A DNA stretch of 64,000 bases from NCBI GenBank assembly GCA_964459385.1, contig CAYWLG010000010.1, forward strand, positions 2,365 through 66,364. Reading direction: 5' to 3'. Shown here in pieces: positions 25,941 through 34,149 of this stretch (position 1 is the stretch's first letter; each line of letters opens with the position of its first letter). Source of the stretch: an uncultured Anaerolinea sp. (GTDB taxonomy: Bacteria; Chloroflexota; Anaerolineae; Anaerolineales; Anaerolineaceae). Below the pieces are notes generated by a model. That model ran no database searches. It worked only from the letters and a program-made list of their open reading frames with translations, and was not told where the DNA came from. The position numbers and the translations under genes were made by a program.

Positions 25941-26930
25941 ATGAATCTAAAGAATAATTCCATCAATAAACAACTGACCCCCGGTATCATCTTGGGGTTG
26001 GGCATTCTGCTCGGGCTGATGATTCTGGGTGATGTGAATAAGGTCAGCGCTCAATTCTTGCAATTTCACTGGATCTATTTTCTTTACGCAGTTTTGTTAT
26101 CCATGCTAAATTTCTTGTTCCGCTTCATTAAGCGCCATTACTGCCTGAATCGCGGCGGGGCAGGCAATTTCACTTTTTCTAACAGCTTCCATTTGTTCCT
26201 GGCGAGTTTTCCGCTTTCGGTCACGCCCATGAAAGTGGGGGAATCTTTCAAAGGTATCTGGCTGAACCGTCTTTCGGGCATTCCGGTAGAGAAGGCTGTT
26301 TCCATCTTTTTGGTCGATCATCTTTCGGATGGATTGAGCATATTTTTACTGACCGTGTTCGGCACCATCGCTTATCCGAGTTTATGGCCGGCATTTCTGG
26401 TTGTGCTCATCCTCTTCCTGCTGGGTATCCTTTTCATTCAGATCAAACCTGCTACGCAAAATTTGTTGAATGTCAGCGAAAAAGTGCCCCTGCTTTCACG
26501 TTTGGTACCGGTGGCCCGCAGTTGCATGGATCATAACCCTGATCTCTTCCGCTTTGGCCCGCTTTTCCTTTCAAGCTTACTGGGTCTGGCCTCCTGGATC
26601 GCGGATGGCACCGCATTGTTCATGATCCTGCTTGGATTGGGCTATCAGGCAACCTGGGTGCTGGTGGCCACCTCAGCTTTGGTGTTCGCTTTTTCCATGC
26701 TGATGGGCATCCTTTCGGCTTTTCCGGGTGGTGTCGGCATTATGGAAGTGTCTATGGCAGCCCTGTTGACCCTCATCTTGGGCTTCAAGCCAGAAGTGGC
26801 CGCTGCGGCGACGATCCTCTTTCGCCTTGCCACCTTCTGGGTGGGGTTTCTGATCGGCTGGCTGATCCTCTATTACAGCGGCAAAACATTGGGCATTCCA
26901 AACAACGAAGGTCGCATCATTGAAAGTTGA
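25941..26930 (+). CDS. Flippase-like / lysylphosphatidylglycerol-synthase TM-region family membrane protein (UPF0104)
   Basis: About 8 TM helices and the family-typical FPGGVGIMEVSM segment near the C-terminus. Confidence 0.6.
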   Translation: MNLKNNSINKQLTPGIILGLGILLGLMILGDVNKVSAQFLQFHWIYFLYAVLLSMLNFLFRFIKRHYCLNRGGAGNFTFSNSFHLFLASFPLSVTPMKVGESFKGIWLNRLSGIPVEKAVSIFLVDHLSDGLSIFLLTVFGTIAYPSLWPAFLVVLILFLLGILFIQIKPATQNLLNVSEKVPLLSRLVPVARSCMDHNPDLFRFGPLFLSSLLGLASWIADGTALFMILLGLGYQATWVLVATSALVFAFSMLMGILSAFPGGVGIMEVSMAALLTLILGFKPEVAAAATILFRLATFWVGFLIGWLILYYSGKTLGIPNNEGRIIES

Positions 26931-27570
26931 TTTCCACTGCCACACATATTATTCCTCTGACAGTATCGCTCAGATCGAACCACTGCTCAAAGCTGCGCGG
27001 AGACGCGGTTTAGACCGCCTGGTGATCACCGACCATAATTCGATCGGTGGCGCTCTTGAAGCACAAAAGGCTGCTCCTGATTTTGTGATCGTGGGCGAAG
27101 AGATCAAGACGCAGTACGGTGAGCTGCTGACCGCTTTTGTAAAAGAACAGGTGCCGGCCAGGCTGGATCCCTTCAAGGCCATTGAATTGCTGCGCGCGCA
27201 GGGAGCATTCATCTCAGTGTCACACCCCTTTGATGAGCATCGCTCCGGCTGGCCGCTCGAACTGCTGCGCGAGATCGCACCGCTGGTAGACGCCATCGAG
27301 ATCGCCAACGCCCGTGTGCTGGAGACCCGCATGAACGACGATGCGGCCGCCTTTGCGCGCGAGTTTGTTTTACCCGGCACAGCGGGTTCTGATGCCCATG
27401 CCCCTTATGAAGTGGGCCGTCTGGCGCTCGACCTGTCTGATTTTCATGATGCCGATTCTCTGCGTGGCGTGATCGCCAGCGGCGAAGTGGTGGGCAAAGT
27501 CTCGCCGGGCTGGGTGCACGGCTTTTCAGTTGCCGCCAGAATTTCAAAAAAGTTCCATCACCAATCCTGA
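26920..27570 (+). CDS. PHP-domain metal-dependent phosphoesterase
   Basis: MKVDFHCHTYYSSDS, ITDHNS, SVSHPF and GSDAH metal-ligand motifs. TTG start overlaps the upstream gene by 11 nt. Confidence 0.8.
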   Translation: MKVDFHCHTYYSSDSIAQIEPLLKAARRRGLDRLVITDHNSIGGALEAQKAAPDFVIVGEEIKTQYGELLTAFVKEQVPARLDPFKAIELLRAQGAFISVSHPFDEHRSGWPLELLREIAPLVDAIEIANARVLETRMNDDAAAFAREFVLPGTAGSDAHAPYEVGRLALDLSDFHDADSLRGVIASGEVVGKVSPGWVHGFSVAARISKKFHHQS

Positions 27571-27631
27571 TAATCCCGTTGTAAACTATAAAAATCAGTT
27601 TTTTTCTATTTTTCGCAGAATTGAGGCGACG

Positions 27632-28501
27632 ATGTCTTATTCATGGCGGAATATTCTTTTGGCATTGATTGTTGGGTTGAGCCTGTTTATGGCTGGTTGT
27701 GCGAAAACATCTGGGCAACCCACAGAATTACCCCCCGAGGTCGTTTCTACGCCGCAGCAAAAATCCCTCGATCTGACAAAGGAGTATCAAGGCTATGATG
27801 GGGCCTTCGTACTTTACGATCTACAGGCTAACACGATCTCTCGCTACAATCCCAGTCGCTGTGCGCAGGGCTTTCTGCCTGCTTCTACGTTCAAGATATT
27901 GAATTCGCTGATCGCGCTCGAAACGGGGGTCATTCCTGACAAAGACTATCTGATCAAATGGGATGGCACGGTCTATGACGTGCCTGCCTGGAACCAAGAT
28001 CAGACTATGGAAACGGCCTTCAAGAATTCGGTGGTCTGGTATTACCAGCAGGTGGCCCGCCGCATCGGCTCTGAAACGATGCAGAAATACGTCAGTCTGG
28101 CAGGGTACGGCAATGAAGAGATCGGCGGCGCGCTCGATTCTTTTTGGCTGGACGGCGAGATACGAATCTCGGCCGACCAGCAGGTAGATTTCTTGCGTCG
28201 CTTTTATTCCGGCGAACTGCCTTTTTCAGCCCGGACAATCTCGATTGTCAAAGACCTGCTCTTGGCAAAACAATCCGACGGGGTCAGCTTGAGCGGCAAG
28301 ACGGGCTCTACGGGTCAGGGCAGTCAGCGCATTGCCTGGTACGTTGGCTACGTGGAGGCCAATGATGATGTTTACTTTTTTGCTTCCACCATCAGCCCTT
28401 TGAATGCGGATTCAACTCCGATCGGCGAAACCGCCAGGGCCGTTACATTACAGGTATTACAAAATCTGCAATTGCTGCCTGCGGGAAATTGGGCCGAATA
28501 G
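27632..28501 (+). CDS. Class D (OXA-type) beta-lactamase homolog, lipoprotein
   Basis: Lipobox LFMAGC, then STFK (27884-27895), SVV, YGNEEIGG, FWLDG and KTGS motifs in the canonical order and spacing. Confidence 0.8.
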   Translation: MSYSWRNILLALIVGLSLFMAGCAKTSGQPTELPPEVVSTPQQKSLDLTKEYQGYDGAFVLYDLQANTISRYNPSRCAQGFLPASTFKILNSLIALETGVIPDKDYLIKWDGTVYDVPAWNQDQTMETAFKNSVVWYYQQVARRIGSETMQKYVSLAGYGNEEIGGALDSFWLDGEIRISADQQVDFLRRFYSGELPFSARTISIVKDLLLAKQSDGVSLSGKTGSTGQGSQRIAWYVGYVEANDDVYFFASTISPLNADSTPIGETARAVTLQVLQNLQLLPAGNWAE

Positions 28502-28552
28502 CGGTCATTTCCTTGACGGTGTTGCTGATTGCGATAAAATAAACATGCAGCC

Positions 28553-28636
28553 GGGGCGATGGCGGAATCGGCAGACGCAACGGACTTAAAATCCGTCGAT
28601 GGTGACATCGTGAGGGTTCGACCCCCTCTCGCCCCA
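28553..28636 (+). tRNA. tRNA-Leu (anticodon UAA), class II with long variable arm
   Basis: Hand-folded cloverleaf. Acceptor ggggcga/tcgcccc, D stem gcg/cgc, anticodon stem acgga/tccgt with loop cTTAAaa, variable arm cgatg-gtga-catcg, T arm gaggg-ttcgacc-ccctc, discriminator a. No encoded CCA. Confidence 0.9.
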
Positions 28637-28637
28637 C
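28591..28637 (+). repeat. Direct repeat copy 1 (3' half of tRNA-Leu; attL-like)
   Basis: 47 nt, identical except for one base to 30615-30661. Confidence 0.9.
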
Positions 28638-30614
28638 TTGCTGAAAAACACACGTTTGCGTGTGTTTTTTTGTACGTTCAGACAACAGTCATTAATTACA
28701 GAATATAATAATAAACAAGATTCTCGATAATCTGAAATGAAATGAAAAGAAAATGAAAAATAATTCGCGATTTGTAAGCGCTTTATTTGCCGGAATTTTG
28801 AGCCTTCTTGCGGTAGCCGCATTCCTTTCTTTATCTCCATTAACTTCATCAATGCTGCATAGAGATTCAGGAATATTTCTTTCGATTGGCTGGCAATTAA
28901 CTCATGGAAAAGTGCTTTATTTGCAAACCTGGGATGATAAGCAGCCATTGATTTTTCTAATTAATGCTTTAGGTTTGATTATTGGGAATGGCTCTGTATG
29001 GGGGGTATGGGTTCTGGAATGCCTCTTCATAGTTGCTACGGTATTACTTACATACATATTACTTCAAAGAATCTTGCCATCGTTTGCCAGTTTCATTGTG
29101 ACATCAACCAGTTTCTTATCGATCTACTTGGTGATGAGCGGAAATTTTACTGAAGAATATGCTTTATTTTTTCAAACAGCAATATTGTTTGTATTCGGAA
29201 TTTTTTATCTTCCCAAAAAAGGTAAAAGATCACGCGGGTGGGCCTCCTTGCTTCTCGGCATATTGACCGGTTTGTCGTTTTGCCTTAAGCAGACATACAT
29301 TGATGTAGCTATTGCTGTTGCTTTATTGGCAGTTTTTATCGCATGGGTGGAAGGGGATCACAGTATCTTTATCAATTTAATTTGGGTGATGGTCGGTTTT
29401 ATTTTGGTTCAAGGAACCTTGGTCGGATATTTCTTTTTCAATGGAGCTTTGAAGAGCTATTGGGAAAGTGCCTTTCTATTCAATAAGTATTATTCGACCC
29501 TTGGCCTTTTGGAGTGGTTTCATTCGGCTTTGGAAACATTGGAGTTTACTTTTTCAAAACCAGTTTTCTTTTTAGCCGGATTAATTTGGATGGCAGGATT
29601 CCTGACTTTAATCGTAAAAATCTCACCCTGGATCAAAAAATTCATTCAAACACGTTTTGCGAAGTGGCTGACCCTGACATTTGGAGTTTTGTTTCTTTCA
29701 TTATTTGGGTACTCCCTATGGCAGGGACAAAATTCTACTTTTGGATTGCTAAAGGTATCCACCCTTGTGCTGGGCGTTGCTTGTACTTATTTTTCTCTTT
29801 TCCTATTTGGTAGAAAGAAATTCAACATAAATTCGTTTATCCAGGAAGTACGTTTTGAATTTGGAAAAATGAATTGGCATGAATTAAGCCTGGAAATTCT
29901 ATTAATTATTGGATTAATGGATCTACCGATCGTTTTACTTTTTATTTCGCTTTCTGGGATGGGTTTCCCACATTATTTCATCTCACTCTATTATTCGGTT
30001 TTCCTTTTACTCGCAGTCGGGGGCTTATTTGTTGGCAAGAAATTGCTTGGTACAGAAAAAAATCAAATATTCACTTCCATTGTTGTGGGATTATTTGTTT
30101 GTGCGAATTTTGTTCCCCTTCTTCAAGTAATTACTTCACTAAATAATGCAAAGAATGATTCGACTTCAACTGGCGATATCGCAAAAGTGGCAAGTTATCT
30201 TAAAAATAATTCAAATCTGAACGACAAGGTACAAGTTTGGGGTTGGGAAGCGATCATATACTTTCTCGCAGAAAGAGAATCACCTACTCGGTTTGGATTT
30301 CCTTTTATCGCATACTATGACACGCCATTTGCAGAATCAGCTCAAGCAGAGATCTATCACGCAATCGTTTCTACTCCACCAAAATTCATCGCTGAAATAA
30401 AGGATGAAAACTTGCCCTTGGTGAATGGCATGAGCATTGAGAAGTGCTTACGCGATTATCCTAGCCCAAAACCGAATCTTGATGGAATTCGTAATTTTGT
30501 GTGTTCAAACTATAAGCTTGTGAAAACGATCGGTGCGGTGGACGTTTACGAATTTAAGAAGTAGGCGGAATATAGAAAAGCTTAACCGTAAAGATTCTTT
30601 AGAAAAATTCGATG
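28638..30614. mobile_element. Putative remnant integrated element (1977 bp, one cargo gene, no integrase)
   Basis: Bounded by the 47-bp tRNA-derived direct repeats and markedly AT-rich. Confidence 0.4.
28753..30564 (+). CDS. GT-C fold membrane glycosyltransferase (ArnT/PMT, GT39/GT83-like)
   Basis: 603 aa with about 12 TM helices. The first extracytoplasmic loop, HRDSGIFLSIGWQLTHGKVLYLQTWDDKQPL, resembles the GT-C Dx(D/E)-type loop. A C-terminal soluble domain is present. Confidence 0.6.
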   Translation: MKNNSRFVSALFAGILSLLAVAAFLSLSPLTSSMLHRDSGIFLSIGWQLTHGKVLYLQTWDDKQPLIFLINALGLIIGNGSVWGVWVLECLFIVATVLLTYILLQRILPSFASFIVTSTSFLSIYLVMSGNFTEEYALFFQTAILFVFGIFYLPKKGKRSRGWASLLLGILTGLSFCLKQTYIDVAIAVALLAVFIAWVEGDHSIFINLIWVMVGFILVQGTLVGYFFFNGALKSYWESAFLFNKYYSTLGLLEWFHSALETLEFTFSKPVFFLAGLIWMAGFLTLIVKISPWIKKFIQTRFAKWLTLTFGVLFLSLFGYSLWQGQNSTFGLLKVSTLVLGVACTYFSLFLFGRKKFNINSFIQEVRFEFGKMNWHELSLEILLIIGLMDLPIVLLFISLSGMGFPHYFISLYYSVFLLLAVGGLFVGKKLLGTEKNQIFTSIVVGLFVCANFVPLLQVITSLNNAKNDSTSTGDIAKVASYLKNNSNLNDKVQVWGWEAIIYFLAERESPTRFGFPFIAYYDTPFAESAQAEIYHAIVSTPPKFIAEIKDENLPLVNGMSIEKCLRDYPSPKPNLDGIRNFVCSNYKLVKTIGAVDVYEFKK

Positions 30615-30661
30615 ATCCGTCGATGGTGACATGGTGAGGGTTCGACCCCCTCTCGCCCCAC
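30615..30661 (+). repeat. Direct repeat copy 2 (displaced tRNA-Leu 3' half; attR-like)
   Basis: 46/47 identity to 28591-28637. The single change (c to g) disrupts the variable-arm stem. Confidence 0.9.
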
Positions 30662-30828
30662 AACGGCGAAAGACATAAATTGATGGTTTATGTCTTTTTT
30701 GTTTAAGATAACCATTCAGGTTTAAAAGCGATCAACTGGAAAGTTTAACTGATGGCTCAAATGGGTACTCGTTTAAGGGGGAAAGCTAACTAGTGAGACA
30801 TCAATAGTTGGGTATCAATAACTGGGTA

Positions 30829-30857
30829 TTGACAAAAGAGGAAAATTAATGGATAAT
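30829..30857 (+). promoter_or_regulatory. Sigma-70-type promoter of the lacI-family operon
   Basis: TTGACA (30829-30834), a 17-nt spacer, then GATAAT (30852-30857). Confidence 0.6.
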
Positions 30858-30858
30858 A

Positions 30859-30872
30859 TGTAAGCGCTTACA
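30859..30872. promoter_or_regulatory. LacI-family operator O1 (perfect palindrome TGTAAGCGCTTACA)
   Basis: 14-bp perfect palindrome immediately downstream of the -10 hexamer and 7 nt upstream of the regulator start codon. Confidence 0.7.
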
Positions 30873-30879
30873 TTTTCTA

Positions 30880-31902
30880 ATGAGGTTACCAGTGAAACCA
30901 AGAATTCGAATTGAAGATGTTGCCAAAAAAGCGGGTTTATCGACCGCTACAGTTAGCAGGTACATAAACAATACCGCATCTGTCTCTGAAAAAAATTCCA
31001 AGAAGATTCGCGCAATTATTGAAGATCTTAATTACGTACCAAATGTTGCCGCGCAAATTTTGGCAAGCAATAAGACAATGACACTTGGCCTGGTTTTTCC
31101 GTCTCTAACGAGTTCGTTTTTTGGCGCATTACTTCGAGGCATTGAAACTCGTGCCTGTAAAGATGATTATTCCTTGTTGATTCATTCAACCGATATTCCG
31201 TCAAGGGGAGCAAGGACTCGCCGCGTTATTGGCGAACATAATACAGATGGCATCATTGTTTTTTCTGATTCTCTGGATAATGATGAACTGATACGCTTGA
31301 CCGATATTGGTTTCCCGGTAGTTCTTATTTATCGATCCTCTCCTGCCGATTTAAACATGGCATCAGTCACAATTGAAAATAAAGATGGTGTATATAAATT
31401 AATTTCGCATTTAATCGAAGTGCATCATTATCGAGATATTGCTTTTTTGCGCGGTCCTGAAATGCACGAAAATGCACGTTTGCGGGAAGAAGGTTATCGA
31501 AAAGCGCTTCTTGATCATCAAATTCCTTATTCCTCAGACCTTGTTGAAAGCGGAGAATTTAACACCGAGATGGCTCGGCAGGGTGTAAGACGTCTGCTAA
31601 ATAGAAATGTTAAATTTGACGCTATATTTGCTGGAGATGATGATGCTGCTTCGGGCTGTATGATGGAATTAAGAGAGGCTGGACTGCGAATTCCTGAAGA
31701 TGTAGCGGTTGTTGGCTTTGACGACCAGAGTATTGCGATGCATCTTTCGCCCGCGTTGACAACTGTGCGTTCCCCAATTGAAGCAGTTGGTTTTCAAGCG
31801 ACAGAGAAACTTATCGGCCTCATCGGAGGAAAGACAGTTGAAACCCAGACCGTCTTATCAACTGAGTTAATTATTCGTCAATCGTGTGGATGTTCTGCAT
31901 AA
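30880..31902 (+). CDS. LacI/GalR-family transcriptional regulator
   Basis: N-terminal HTH IEDVAKKAGLSTATVSRYINN followed by a periplasmic-binding-protein-like sugar-binding core. Confidence 0.9.
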   Translation: MRLPVKPRIRIEDVAKKAGLSTATVSRYINNTASVSEKNSKKIRAIIEDLNYVPNVAAQILASNKTMTLGLVFPSLTSSFFGALLRGIETRACKDDYSLLIHSTDIPSRGARTRRVIGEHNTDGIIVFSDSLDNDELIRLTDIGFPVVLIYRSSPADLNMASVTIENKDGVYKLISHLIEVHHYRDIAFLRGPEMHENARLREEGYRKALLDHQIPYSSDLVESGEFNTEMARQGVRRLLNRNVKFDAIFAGDDDAASGCMMELREAGLRIPEDVAVVGFDDQSIAMHLSPALTTVRSPIEAVGFQATEKLIGLIGGKTVETQTVLSTELIIRQSCGCSA

Positions 31903-31936
31903 ATAATACTTAAATCATTTAATGACTGGAGTTTCA

Positions 31937-32956
31937 ATGGCAATACGAATAGCTGTGGTTGGAGCAGGTTATATTGGAGAGATTCACACAAAGGCAGTAA
32001 AAAACACTATGGGTGTTGAGGTGGTAGCAGTGGTTGACCAGATAACTGATAAGGCCGACAACTTTGCGAACAAATACTCTATTCCCAATGAATTCTCTTC
32101 TTTAGATGATTTGTTAGAAAGTCACGTAGCAGATGCGATTATCATTAGTACACCGAACTTTCTTCATGCAACCCAGGCAATTAAGGCCATGAAAGCCGGT
32201 TTACATGTTATGGTTGAAAAACCAATGGCACTAACCGCAGATGAAGCTAAGCTGATGAATTGTATAAGTTTAGATACTTCTCGTGTATTGATGGTTGGGC
32301 ATTGCTGGAGATATGATACTGAAGTAAATTGGCTGCGAAATCAGATTGTAGAAAAAAAACTAGGGAAAATTGTAAGAACCAAAGGGTATGGCGTGCATGA
32401 AAATTGGGGCCCGGCTGGCTGGTTTGTTAAGAAAGATCTTTCAGGCGGTGGAGCCCTTTTTGATATGGGAATTCATGCAATTGACACAGTTCGTTACCTT
32501 TTGGGAGACCCTGAACCCGAGAGCGTTTATGCGCAAATAGGAACCTATTATGGGAAATATGAAGTCGATGATACAGGACTTTTGATAATCAACTGGAAAG
32601 GCGGGCCAGTTTCATATATTGAATCTGGTTGGTGGCAGCCATATTCAGAGGGCCCCGAGGCAGCAACTCAATTGTTTGGACTAAAAGGTTTCGGGTCAAT
32701 TTTTCCAACCAGATTATTGATGCCCAATCTGCAAAACGAAACGGTGGAGGTAATTGAGAGTGGTTATCAACATCCGCGTCTGGAACATTGCGAGCAGTCT
32801 ATGTATGATAACCAAATGGCACATTTTGTAGAATGCATTGTCAATAATGCGGTTCCAAATTCAAATGCAGCAAAGGGGCTGACAAATATGAAGATATTGG
32901 AAGCAGCTTACAAAAGTAGTGATTCAAGAGAGCTTATCTTCATTGAAGAAAATTAA
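31937..32956 (+). CDS. Gfo/Idh/MocA-family NAD(P)-dependent oxidoreductase
   Basis: IRIAVVGAGYIGEIH Rossmann motif and EKPMALT catalytic-region motif. ATG 31937 is preceded by GGAG. Confidence 0.85.
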   Translation: MAIRIAVVGAGYIGEIHTKAVKNTMGVEVVAVVDQITDKADNFANKYSIPNEFSSLDDLLESHVADAIIISTPNFLHATQAIKAMKAGLHVMVEKPMALTADEAKLMNCISLDTSRVLMVGHCWRYDTEVNWLRNQIVEKKLGKIVRTKGYGVHENWGPAGWFVKKDLSGGGALFDMGIHAIDTVRYLLGDPEPESVYAQIGTYYGKYEVDDTGLLIINWKGGPVSYIESGWWQPYSEGPEAATQLFGLKGFGSIFPTRLLMPNLQNETVEVIESGYQHPRLEHCEQSMYDNQMAHFVECIVNNAVPNSNAAKGLTNMKILEAAYKSSDSRELIFIEEN

Positions 32957-33016
32957 CATCTTCGAAACCTGGTCAATTTTGAATAAAGTAAATATGAGTG
33001 TTTTTTTCTAGATTAA

Positions 33017-33030
33017 TGAAAGCGCTTACA
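33017..33030. promoter_or_regulatory. LacI-family operator O2 (TGAAAGCGCTTACA)
   Basis: 13/14 match to O1. It lies 30 nt upstream of the second oxidoreductase gene. Confidence 0.6.
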
Positions 33031-33060
33031 AATTAGAGATTTCATTGGAGTGATATAGAT

Positions 33061-34047
33061 ATGGCAAATAAAATTCGTTGGGGAATTATTGGGGCGGGGT
33101 ATATTGCTAACAAATTTGCACAGGCACTTTCATACCTGCCCGATGCTGAAGCCTATGCGGTAGGTTCTCGTTCCCGTAAGTCGGCAGAAAAATTTGCACA
33201 AGAAAATAATGTAACAAAAGTTCATGAGAGTTACCAATCGCTTTTTGAAGACCCAAACGTAGATGTGGTTTACATAGCCACAATTAATACGGTTCATCGC
33301 GAAAATTGTATTGCAGCGATTGAATCAGGAAAGCCCATCTTATGTGAAAAGCCATTTATGCTGAACAGCCAAGAAGCTGAAGAAGTGATTTCGTTGGTAA
33401 AAGAAAAAAAAGTCTTCTTGATGGAAGCTCTGTGGACGCGATTCATCCCAGCTTTTAAAGAAGCCCGACGAATGTGGGAAAGTGGTGTTATTGGAGATAT
33501 TTGGACTGCGACTTCTGAATTTGGTTTTTATTGTGAAAAAGACGCATCCAACCCATTATATGATTTATCACTTGGCGGCGGTTCGTTCTTGGATGTTGGT
33601 GCATACCCGGTTTCTCTGGCACACATTGTTTTTGGAGAACCTGACACTATAGTCGGCCATGCTGCTTTCGGTCCTACTTGTGTAGATGAGCAGGCTGGAA
33701 TGATTTTTGGCTATAAAAACGGTCAAATGGCAATGGGGTATTCAAGTTTCAAAATGGAATCCCCAAAAGAAGCCGTAATTGTTGGTAGCAAAGGCTACAT
33801 TAGAATTTATTCGCCATTCTTCTGCCCCGCTGGGTTCACGCTTTATCTTAATGGTAAGGAGCCACAGGTATTTGATATGCCCTATGTTGGGAATGGGTGG
33901 AATTATGAAGCGGTTGAGGTGATGAATTGCCTGCGTGAGGGAAAACTGGAAAGTGATGTTGTTCCACATAAAGAGACACTTGCACTTATGCGTACAATGG
34001 ATCGTTTTCGTGAGCAAATTGGGCTGAAGTTCCCTGGAGAAGTTTAA
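33061..34047 (+). CDS. Gfo/Idh/MocA-family NAD(P)-dependent oxidoreductase (second paralog)
   Basis: IRWGIIGAGYIANKF Rossmann motif and CEKPFMLN motif. Confidence 0.85.
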   Translation: MANKIRWGIIGAGYIANKFAQALSYLPDAEAYAVGSRSRKSAEKFAQENNVTKVHESYQSLFEDPNVDVVYIATINTVHRENCIAAIESGKPILCEKPFMLNSQEAEEVISLVKEKKVFLMEALWTRFIPAFKEARRMWESGVIGDIWTATSEFGFYCEKDASNPLYDLSLGGGSFLDVGAYPVSLAHIVFGEPDTIVGHAAFGPTCVDEQAGMIFGYKNGQMAMGYSSFKMESPKEAVIVGSKGYIRIYSPFFCPAGFTLYLNGKEPQVFDMPYVGNGWNYEAVEVMNCLREGKLESDVVPHKETLALMRTMDRFREQIGLKFPGEV

Positions 34048-34149
34048 ATAACCATAAAAGGAGGCTTACGAATAATTCAAAATCCCAGGCTGCAAATTAA
34101 CAAGAAGAGTTTGCCTAAATCCCCGAGTTTTCCTTTGAAGGAGGAGAAA

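Noticed and set aside
28586-28948. 120-aa minus-strand ORF (and 28372-28653, 28443-28685) spanning tRNA-Leu and the island edge
   Set aside because: These ORFs overlap a well-folded tRNA gene and a terminator and have no RBS or motifs. They are chance ORFs.
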